Positions 22,358 through 33,400 of a stretch of 64,000 nucleotides of DNA are shown piece after piece. The stretch is taken from contig JAUCBJ010005712.1 of the NCBI GenBank assembly GCA_032718475.1, positions 1 to 64,000 on the forward strand, in the 5' to 3' direction. The DNA is from Nemertoderma westbladi (Eukaryota; Animalia; Xenacoelomorpha). Under the pieces are notes generated by a model. That model worked only from the letters and a program-made list of their open reading frames with translations, ran no database searches and had not been told where the DNA came from. The translations under genes were made by a program, and so were the position numbers. Every line of letters starts with the position of its first letter. The first letter of the stretch is position 1.

Positions 22358-25255
22358 ATGCCACCTAAAAAGCGATACCGCTTGACTCAAAGAAAGGGAC
22401 AACACTACACTGCGGAACGTCAAGCATAAATTCGGGCCACCCAAGTAGCTTTTCGTAGGAGGGAAACCATAGAACAAAGGAAGTCTAGGATTGTCTCCGA
22501 CCGTGTTGCCACAGCACAAACTCGGTCGATCGAAACACCCGCCGCGCGAGATACTCGAAGAGCTGTAGACCGTGCGAGAAGGGCCATAGTTCGACAATGG
22601 CGTATTCCTCCGAGCAAATTTGTAGGCCGGAATGCGGAAAATATTATGAGTGGCGAGTTGTTTGTCCCTTATAAGAGTGAAGGTACCCTTCTTACTGCTG
22701 TACTGGTGGTGTGAGACCTGGAGGCCAACAAATACGCATTCGATTTGTTCCCACTGCCATGCTGTTCGGTGGCCACAAGAGGTATCTCGAAAAGCGATGT
22801 GCTGTCATGGTGGCAAAGTGCAAAGTCACCCTACCAGATATATTTTTAAATACTCCCGAGGTATTTAAAAATCTATGGAAAGGTCAAGATGGTAGATCAG
22901 ATGTGTTTAAGAAGACGATCCAACCACTTAATAATGCGCTTTCTCTGGCATCGCTGAAGGTTCAAGCTCGTAAACAACCTGTGGTTAGTTTCGTATAATT
23001 TTATTTATAATTACTGCTACCGTTACTACAGTCTGACAGTACCGGTACCTGGTATCAATTAAATAACTAACTAAGTAACTAACTAAGTACCGCTAATCAC
23101 AATCATTGCAATCAAATAAAATCTTAGAATGAATGGCCTTTTCCCATTTCAGCATAGCGTACTGGTACCGCAGTTGAGAACCGTTGTAACATAAAATTTT
23201 CACTCCCTATGCAAAATCATCTCCTGGTTAAAATTCCCTAGTGTATTCTCACTCCCGGGGTGTATTTTCCCTAGTGGATTTTAACCCCTTCCAGTGAAAA
23301 CTGTCTGTGCAAATCCAATCCCGGTTAAATTCCCCTCTCACTCCTGGTGTATTTTTTTGTATCTTCTCTTCTCTGCTTCTACATATATACAAATCTCTTT
23401 CGTGTGTTTGTGTGCTAGAGGTATCTGTGGTCGTCTGTCAGTCTGTTCGCTTAACTGTCAGACTGTAGGCTTAGAGTTAGAAATTTATAATATCGTGGGG
23501 GTAAGAATATATTGAGGGGGGTTAAATTTCACTAAAAAACACCCAGTATAGTTTAACCCACGGTTAAAATACCCCAGTGAATTCTAACCGGGGGGTGATA
23601 ATACACTAGTGAATTTTAACCGGGGGTGGAAATTCTCTGCTACACCTCTACCGTTAACATACCAGTACCATGGCTATCGTCGCTGTAGGGCCCGAGTAGG
23701 TATACACCCAGTACCTTACAAGGGTACCAACTACCAACCATTACAGCAATAACTGAATGAAATATGTTATCTAGCTGTCATGTAGTACACTATAAAGAGT
23801 ATCGAGACAGCCACACTCCCTATAGACACCAAACTGTGGTGTCTGCATGTTTTATAGCTTGGTTTTAGTTAGGTTAGTTTATCAGCCTTTGAACTCAATT
23901 AAAAGTTGTATTTCCTTTAAACCAATGTTACCGGTACGTAATTTACCAGATTATTTGTTCTCGTTAGAGTTACACATGCCACTTAATTATAATTTAGGCC
24001 GCCACTATAATCACCCAGCAAACTTGGCAGCCCGGCCGCCTGCATTATAATTACTAAAGTTGAAGCTGGTATCACCATTTAAATGCTAGCGGCAGACCGC
24101 GACATATATATATATTATATACCGGTAATATAGCCATTAGCCTACCGCACCATAAAGTGAAAGAGCTTGTTACCAGTTACTGAAGTAAATAGTGATTGAT
24201 GAATTTCATTTTTTCATACAACAATCAATTTAATTTAATTACAGGTTTTAATCCAGCGTTGGTCATCCAAGGAAGGGTAGCCATTTTAATGGGACCAGTC
24301 CAGCCAGCAGGTGACACTCCGCCTGTCTTCTGTCAGCTGTACTTGTTAGACGCTGACTTAGCCGACAGGGAGACTGAATTGCGATATAAGAACATGGTGC
24401 TTCCTGCGGGTGTATCGCAAACTGATAAGAACACCATCCGCACTCTCCTAACTGAGCTTCAGTCTGAGCTTGTGAAGTGTAATCCTTACGTTAAAGATTT
24501 CAAGTTTGCATCGGAGATAGTGGAAGAGCTGGCCCCACAGTCTCTGCGACTAATGATCGACGGCAGCAAGCGTCCTGAAGAAGAACATGAGAGGCGCTTT
24601 AACGTACCTGGTGGACTCAAGGAAATCGCAGGTTGGTATCACTTGCCTTGACTTTTATATTAGGTTTATTAAGTTCCAAATTGATTATATACTTCCAGTC
24701 TTCCACAATTTAATTGTATTGTTATAGATTTTTGTTTTTGGGTTAGAGTCAGTTGGTGAAGACTTTCAGGCCATACAATTTATTCAATATTGATCATACG
24801 GCATTATGGGACGCGGTTTCATGACAGCTTTAATTTATTTTGAGATGGGGTTGAGATAGAGCTCTGCATTTAGTTTGTTAAATCTATATTAATTTGGGAA
24901 CTCACTACCATTTGGCCTATGAATTATGATCTACTTTTTAATAGAAATTTGTGATAATCCGAAATGTGTTAACTTAATTAATTGATCGCCTTACAATCGC
25001 TTTTATTACAGTTGTATCAGAAGACACTGTGTTTCGAAAACGCGATTTCGTTCTAACACTCAGAGGTCCAGGTAATCAAGTCCGCAAGATTTCTGACACA
25101 AACCGGGCCGCGGATGCACTGCATTTCATTATGTTCTTTCCTACTGGGACAGATAGTTGGCACTCTGGGCTGGATGTAACCTGCAGGCGGTTCTATCAGT
25201 TTCACATGCATATTCGGTACAAGGCCGACGCCATGCTATTTAATTCTTTGCACTG
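22358..25255 (+). pseudogene. Helitron RepHel N-terminal region, spliced and decayed (exons about 22358-22983, 24245-24631, 25012-25255)
   Basis: MPPKKR start. ETIEQRKSRIVSDR/ETPAARDTRRAVDR repeats. CSHCHAVRWPQE..CCHGGKV zinc motif. NNALSLAS, FNPALVIQGRV, LQSELVKCNPYVKDFK, HERRFNVP..EIA, RDFVL, DALHFIMFFPTGTDSW and FYQFHMHIR. GT-AG borders. No HUH catalytic or PIF1 helicase motifs are present. Confidence 0.85.
23183..23646. mobile_element. Degenerate MITE-like insert in a Helitron intron
   Basis: GTTGTAACATAAAATTTTCACTCCC versus the reverse complement of GGGGGTGGAAATTCTCTGCTACACC; C-rich left and G-rich right subterminal repeats. Confidence 0.4.
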
Positions 25256-25767
25256 GTGAGTATTATTTAAAATAATAATCTTCGTTTTGGGGTTATTGTA
25301 TGTAAGATGGGCCGTTATAAATTAATATATCTTTATAAAGTAAAAACATTTTTGTGTTTATAACTACACTGAAACCCCGGCGTTAAAGAATTTAGTAATT
25401 TTTTGTTGTACCAAAAGTCACAGTTCTTAATTTTATTCAACTCATTCATTGGAAAAAAAATTTAACTAAATTAAAATTATTTTTTTTTATATTATTTTTA
25501 TTAAATGTTATGCTAATTATTTTAAATTATTAATCACTATAATTTCCCCTATAATAAATCATTAAATCAAGATAAAAACTAAGGAGCTAACCTTATTACA
25601 GGTACACATTGAATTGCGCTTTGCCGTAACTCAAGGTTGAGTTGAGTGAGCCGCAATTCCGGTTCACGATGTCCGGTTGTGGTATGTTGATTTTAAACTG
25701 GCCTTATATAGTATGTTTTAAATAGGGCTCAAATGTATGAATTATTAAAGAGGTGTGTCTTCATTAA

Positions 25768-27140
25768 CCCGCCGAAGACCGTTTGATTCAGGTTGCACCA
25801 AGGACCGTTTTCGGTCAAATTGACCCACAGTACAGTATATTATTGATAAATATATCATTCAAAATGACCAAAAGTGAGGCTTTATCAGTGTGGAACCTGA
25901 TATATGATCGGAAACTCATTTGCGACTTATATATGATTGATTTCAATAACGAGCGTAGCGAGTGACACAACAAAACGTTTCTCAAAAAGTTTCTCATTTT
26001 TTTCAGATATGTAGGTTACTGCATTATGAAAATCGCCCACGCCATGTAAAATTTGAAGGAGTAACGCGCCAATCTGTACTGTTACGATACTGACGGTATC
26101 TGGTACAATCTGTACGCGTTACTGTACAGTACTATTGTACATATAAATGTTGACGACTCCACCTGAACAAGCCTGTGTATAAGATGAGTTTCATAATATC
26201 ATTAACGTAACTACTCAGACTATTTACTTCAAACTGCGATTGATTAATGAGCGAAGCGAGTGACACAAAAGCCGAGGACCTAAAGCTATGGGACCTAAAC
26301 GATACGTGACCTGATGACCTACTGCTACTGACCTAACTCAGTAACTGCCTAAAGTATACAGATGTGTGGACCTAACGCTACCAGACTGCCAGGCTACATT
26401 GTCCACAAAAGAGATTCTCAAAAATGTTTCCATTTAAAGCACACCTTTTATATATTAGCCCAATTTATTAATTTATAGGCCTATAGGCTAATGACAGATA
26501 CATACTGTAATGACTACTGGTTGCCAATCTACCAATAGGTGGTAGGCCTAGATAGCTAGATGATATGTTTATGGCTATTATAGTCAGCCAGTCCCGGTAG
26601 CTTTATGTCCTGGTGGCCTGGTAGCTTTTAGGTCCTGGTAGTACAGTAGCATTAGGTCCTAGGCGTTAGGTCCTGGCATCCTAGCGTTAGTGCCGTGCCA
26701 TTCGGTCAGTAAGTCCAGTCTGCCTACATAACCAGGCAGGTTAGTAAAGGAGCAGGTTACATAGACGAGTTGAAAGGAACCCAAACTTAAACGAGAGTTA
26801 GGAATAATTTAATTGAGAATTAGGACCGATTTGGACCTAACGCTACATTACCACTGACTAGGCCTACACTTTGCAGTTTGTAGGGCCTAATTAAGACGTT
26901 CCATACATGAAATATGGTTCATGGACAATATTTCCATGTGTTTCCATATTACACATACCATCATACGCACCGAAATACAAACAGACATACAAACAGACGA
27001 ATTGACTTTTCAATGTTGATTAAGCATCGCCCTGACTTGGAAAATTGACGTGTTTACATAATTCGACTTTGCACAATTGTTTATTATGAGTAAAACTATA
27101 ATGGGTCATTTTGACCCAAACGGCCCTTGGCGTTGCCTAA
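25768..27140. mobile_element. piggyBac-like non-autonomous element remnant
   Basis: TTAA|CCC left end. Subterminal inverted repeat CACCAAGGACCGTTTTCGGTCAAATTGACCCA (about 25796) versus TGGGTCATTTTGACCCAAACGGCCCTTGGCG (about 27102-27132). The right terminus is missing. Confidence 0.4.
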
Positions 27141-27171
27141 ATGATAAAAGTCAAATTAAAAAAAAAGTGTT

Positions 27172-28395
27172 TGTAAAAGCTTTTGTGGGATATAACTGGC
27201 CCTTTTGCTTTGCAATCCAGTTCCCCCCAAGGCGCTGGAATACTCTAAAAAGTAACTCGAATGATGTAAGCGACCGGCTGATTGGCTGATTTGCTGTACG
27301 AGGGGCTCTTTGCTATGTTCTATCGGCCAACCAGAGCTATAGCAGCAGAGTATGCAACCAGGGCAACCGAGCGGAGTGACTCATTTTGTGTGCTGGCCAA
27401 GGGCTGCAAAAATCCTGATAGTTCGGCATTTAGACATTCGTGGAACCTGTGGAATCTGGTGTTCTGCCAATGAGAGCTTGTCCTCTCTGTGTAAAAGATG
27501 CCTGCAACGGTGTTAGTGTCACTCTTACTCTTACAGTGTTACAGTGTTGTGTTGTTCCTCCTAGGCCAAGAACACCGGCTCTGGAATCATTTTGTTTCAG
27601 ACTTTAGAAGAAACATTAGTAGGCTTAGATTATAGAACGTATAACTGTTATCAACTCAATCAACACAACTTAACAACTCATATCACAACTTACATAACAC
27701 CGCATTATTTTACTGCTATTTGCTGTCGGTTATTATATGTATCAGTTGATTGAATATTGTTATTTGGAGAATATCGATAAATAACCCAAAATCCCAATCT
27801 TCTTGATACACTACAGGTTAGAGAGACCGGTTACATATAACAATTGCGACTTATATTATCGTGGTTTGTAGTGAATCTAATGCTATTTGATGGCTCTACA
27901 TGAGTCAATTGCTGTTCTCTTTATGTATGATCAAAATCATTGACGGTCGGCAGATTAGTGTGCAGTATTGTGCGGTACCGGTAGTGTGCATGATTGTGGC
28001 TGATAACTAAGCATTTCCTAAAGAATGCGCCTTATACGTGAATCATAAGCCTTACCGTTGTGTTTAGTATAAGTCATAGCTCTGTTTACATAGATAGAGC
28101 GCCACGTCCTAAAGGAACTGTTAATATTTCCCGAAAGTGAATAATATTCGTCAGAGATTATTTATTAACGATCAATCGAATAATACAGTAGGCTACACTG
28201 CAATAAAATCTAAGCCATCCGAATCCAGTCTCCCGGGTATATCCAGCGGGTGAATGGACGCGCACTAGGCTGGCTTCGGCTAATGTTGTGTTTATTGGTA
28301 TTAAATACTTGTCATATGCTAAAGTCGATTTATAAACCAAAAGACATATAAATTTTGGCAGGTTAAACTGCTAAAGGTCTTCAAAAGCGCGTACA
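27172..28395 (+). repeat. 5' LTR of copy 2
   Basis: TGTAAAAGC...GCGCGTACA; matches 41570-42799. Confidence 0.96.
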
Positions 28396-28406
28396 ATAAC
28401 AGTTAT
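28396..28406 (+). promoter_or_regulatory. Non-tRNA primer-binding-site position (ATAACAGTTAT), complementary to LTR nt 27641-27651
   Basis: Directly after the LTR with no TGG; the exact reverse complement ATAACTGTTAT is at 27641-27651. Confidence 0.6.
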
Positions 28407-28722
28407 CTTCTTTATTGCAGTAAGCAATAAAGTTGAAAGTACCGGTCGACCGGTAAACCTGAACCGGTACTGATGTAGGTCCGTAGGCCCAACTGCCAGA
28501 ACCGGTACTGCTGTAGGTCCGTAGGCCCAACTGTCCTAACCAGTACTTCCAGTGCAAGTACATTAGTATTATTTCGATTGTGATATATTATATATTGTAG
28601 GCTGCCAGGGGATTAGGGATTGATCACCCCTCATTCTTTTGTATAGTTTACTTATTTCTGTCAGTTTTATTTACGTGTAAGTTAATATTGAGCAGAAGAC
28701 GTATAAGTCTGCTCAGATTGTT

Positions 28723-29246
28723 CAGATAATTGTAGGCTGGACTGTTATCTGACTGTTGTTGGGTCTGGAGAGATTGCGGCGTGTGTAGAGTCTGTCCGAT
28801 AAAGTGCCAGTTAGTAAGTTGGGGCATCTTAAGTTGTAAGGTCAACCCCCTCCTAAAGAATAAGTCGTACTACCGTGTTAGAACGCATGCTAACTAACCA
28901 TTTTGGAATCTGCATATACTGTAGTTTATTTAGGCTTGATAGTAGTCTGCCAGCGTTTTAGCCTGTGTTTGTTTGTGTGGTCTGTTCAGGTACCGTAATA
29001 GTTATTACTCAGATATTTTGTAGGCTGGATTGTTGTCTGGCTGTTGTTGGATCTGGAGAGATTGCGGCGTGTGTAGAGTCTGTCCGATAAAGTGCCAGTT
29101 AGTAAGTTGGGGCATCTTAAGTTGTAAGGTCAACCCCCTCCTAAAGAATAAGTCGTACTACCATGTTAGAACGCATTCTAACTAACCATTTTGGAATCTG
29201 CACATACTGTAGTTTATTTAGGCTTGATAGTAGTCTGCCAGCGTTT
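28723..29246 (+). repeat. Two direct repeats with 288-bp period in the leader of copy 2
   Basis: TGTAGGCTGG at 28731 and 29019, each followed by about 225 near-identical bases. Confidence 0.9.
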
Positions 29247-30479
29247 GGTTTGTATTTTGTTTGAGTATTCTGTACGGGTAGCGTAATATTTATTATTCAG
29301 AGTTTATGCGATTATTCGCAACATTCATGTCCCCAAGTTTATTCCTACAGTAATTGTGCTTGTTACACATAACGTTATAGTTAAATTAACCCCGGTACTA
29401 CACGGGCTGCTTGGCGTAGGTAAAGACTGGTGACTTTGTGCTCTGGTCACTCCAGCAGATGCCGTGGTTCTTTTAACTGTTCAAGTATATTTAACTGCTA
29501 GTTATCTGTTTTATAAGTACTTGTACCTAATTTAGGGTTTGGTGTACAGTGCTTTCCGAAAGTAATTAGTGTGTAGGCAGTATATTGTGTTGTAAAGTGG
29601 TTAATAGGCACGTTGGATCTGGTAGTCCGCGGTAACACGGACGGTAGGAACACTCCGTGATACATAACGTAGTACCTATAGCGATACGGCTATAGGTCGT
29701 CAGACGGTGGCATTTTTCCTATCTGGACAACGCAGTATATTGACTACTGGTTTATTATTCTCAAATACCGTAGTATCCTGTCTGTTGTAATAACCAGAAG
29801 TTCTAACCCTTTGTTAGACTGGTTTGTAGTTTCCCTGTAAAATTAACCCTAAAATTTCGTACGTAATATTTTTGTTGTGTTTAGTTAGAGATTTAATCTC
29901 ACCCGTATCGTAAGTAATTTGTAGATAAGTAACTTAGGAAGTAGAATTATATATTTGTTTTAGTGTCCAATAAGTAGCACTTCACTGAGAGCAACAGCTT
30001 CTGTGTAGTGATTATTTCCCAGAAATAGTAACATCTATTTCAATATTGTAACAAAACCCCTCATACGGGTATATATATATATATATCTATTATAAATCAA
30101 CTCAAAGGTTTATAAGCGGGTAGGCCTGTCATACAACAATTAGGTCTTAATATCAGTTGGACTTACTGCTTGAATAACGGTAATAGAGTAAACTAAAGTA
30201 ACTAAGTAACCCTATAATTTCAGAAATTCAATTACTCTAAATAATTGATATACCGGTATCTATAATAGGCTTATTATCTATTTGTATATATTTGCACTGA
30301 AATTATATACCGGTATTCTGTGACAAACATAGTCTGCCATACTTATATATACTATAAGTGTATACCGGTATTCTAATATATTGTAATTAATTACCGGTAC
30401 TAGGCCAACAGTCATACTGAATTACTAGGCTTGCTTTAACTGTAACTATAGCGGTAGGCATTCAACTGTATAGCTAAGC

Positions 30480-33400
30480 ATGTCTGACACAAAGCAAAAC
30501 CTGTCGGACAGTCTAATCGATACAACCATCTGTGACACAGATAGGAGTGTGGAACGATTAAGAAAAGGGTTCAGCTCACCTCCTACTGAAAGAAAAGTCA
30601 TCCCTCCAGTAGTAGTATCAGACCCTAGGCTAATCCAACACCGTAGGTCTATCATCGGCACTCGGGCCCAGGTCAAACGGAACCAAGAAACAGCTGTCCT
30701 ACAGCAGCAATATCCTAGTCAAGAACCTAGTTCCCAGCGACCCGATAGCTCCAGTAGTTCAGATACTGTAGAGCTGACCCCCGAATGCGGAGTGAAGATG
30801 GCGGATACAGCTTATTCGGATCCCCTTCTCACTCTTCCTGCCACAGTACTAACTACGATATTGATTGCGGTGGAGGAACACCAAGTCGATTGGTCGAGAA
30901 GTAAGCGAGCGACCCAAGATAGTTATGCGGGATACGCAAGGGAAGAATTGATGTCTATTGTCGAGTCACAATGGAACTTTCCCGGACCCGGACTCCCGTT
31001 AGATTTGTCCGAAGCTACTTGGGAAGACATACACAGGATGGGAGTGACTAAAGATACGATGGATCCAGCTGTTTGGAAGAGGTCGGCAGCAGGATATGTG
31101 CAGGGATTCTTCGGCTCCTTAGAGCGATTAGAAGAACAACTGTTTCGACAACCTCAAGGACCTCAAGAGCAGGAAGAGCTGCTTTATCAAGTACGCGAAA
31201 GAACCCTACGCATTAGACTAATTCTATCAGCCTTTGAGGAAACTTCCAAAAGAAGACAGGACACGTCGCTGCAAGTTGCTGTCAAGACTTGGTTCCAGCG
31301 GGTAGGTCTCAAAGTTCAAGAAACGGCCCAGTGGAAATCCCAGCTGGCTGAGCGACCAACCTATGAAGAATCAACCAATGCCACTTTTTCTCAAGTGGAA
31401 AGCGAAGTGACAGCAGAGAGACCGCGAACGAGAGACGCCATCGACATCTATCTGTCAGACTATCAGCGATTCCTAGGAGACGAAGAGTTGAGGAGACGAC
31501 TGTCTGGACTTTGCCCTAATAGTGAAGGAACCAAGCTTGTGTTGGACGCAATCGATGCGGAAATGTTAGCTGCGAACCAAGCTAAATTTGATGAACAACT
31601 CCGCATCACTAGAGTACAAGGAGAACAAATAAAGAAAAAAAGGATAGAAGACAGAAAGAAAGCGGCAGCAGCAGCAGCAATGGCAGCGGCAGAAGCAGAA
31701 AGAAAGGCGGCAGTGGCAGAGGCAGAAAGAAAGGCTGCAGTGGCAGAGGCAGAAAGAAAAGCGGCGGAGGCATTGGCAGAAGCAGAACGGAGAGCGTCTG
31801 AAGAGACCACCCAACTCGAGTTGGAAAATCTTCAAGAGACGCAGGACTGCATAAATAAACAGTTAACTGCTAGTCAAATGCAGATGATGAGTCGATCTAC
31901 TCCCAAACGCCAAGGATACACATCATCGGAGGAAGGCGAGACCACCGATCCTGAAAGCGGAGGAAATAGATCTCGTCTAAGCAGGCGTAGAAAAACATCT
32001 CACCGTCACAAATTGCCTGATTTGCCCCCAGCTGTTAGAAGACAACTAGCTAGCACAGACTTAGGTAGTACAGAACCCACAGACCAAATTATTAAGGTCA
32101 AAAGACTCCCTACGATAGTCGATGAGCCTGAAATAATTAGGCCTGTCGTTCCCAAAGCCACTCCTGTGCTAGAGACACCTGTACTTCCAGAGCTTAACTC
32201 TAAATTCCCTTTACACAGTACTACACTGCCTGTACCCGGTAGAACAGTCCATGAGAATATCCCTGTCCTGGACGCCGAGAGAGAAATCAAAGATTTGTCT
32301 CCCGTCGTCCCTACAATGTTGGCGACTCCCGATTCGGCGGTCGAGTGGGTAGAGGAGGGACGGCGGGGGATGAATCTCCTGCTCGGACAGATGCAGGAGA
32401 CTGTCCACCAACTCAAGGGAACAGTAAGGGAAAGTAAGTTAGAATTGCAAGAAGTGCAGCAAAGTATCGCGCTAGAACGCGACAAATTAGCCAATATACA
32501 AAAGGGTATACCAATACCCCCTGTAACATTGTGTCAACCTGTTAGGTCTGAAGTATAACATGCGCAAGGTGTGGAGCCTACACGCATCTATACTGCTAGT
32601 GAAATAGAAACTCCTATAGCAAACCCTATTAAGGGTGATTATAAACCTGTTGTTAATGATATTCCCTATAGACCTGATAATAATCCGAGAAATTTATATA
32701 CCGATAATTCGATATTAAATAACACGATGGCCCAAGAAAGCTTTACGCGTCAGATGGCTAGAACAGAAGCCCACCAAGCGGTCAAAGTGGGGGAAATCGT
32801 CAAATTCAATGGAGATGAGATGAAATGGTTACCTTTCAATGAATATTACAAAGATAGCATACAGAACTCTGTACTATCTAACGGAGAGAAACTTAGATTC
32901 CTCATCAAGTGCTTGGAAGGACCTCCCAAGTTAATGGCGTTAAAGTTTATTGGACATCCAGATGGATTAAGACAAGTTTGGGATACATTAAACATCAGGT
33001 ATGGTAACCAGGATAACATAGCTAAGTATTTGTATGCAAAATTAGTAGCCCCCCGAAAGTTCCTTGGTAGCGGGATTATAGAGTTTTCCGATGAGATTCA
33101 GGAGATCTGTAGACAATTGGATTGGTTAGGTAAGTCTCATGAATATCAGAGTTCCATGGTTATTGGAGCCATAGTCTCTACTTTACCAAAGGGTGGAGTA
33201 TGTACACGCTGGGACAAGAAAGTGTTGTATATGAATAAGCAACAACGACGGAGCCCTACCATGGCCGATCTCATGTCCTTCTTAGATGGTGAAGTAAAAT
33301 TACAACTCATAAAGCAGTCCAGAGAGAAAACATCGGAAAATCAGGTAAGTGAGAAACCCGTTTCTAGGAGAAGGGTAACACCCGTGTGTTATACTGACGA

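Larger units (their letters stand above)
21613..25255 (+). mobile_element. 3'-truncated Helitron carrying the N-terminal part of RepHel
   Basis: Begins TCTAATATACATAAATATCG directly after the previous CTAG; contains RepHel-like exons; no 3' end was identified. Confidence 0.8.
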
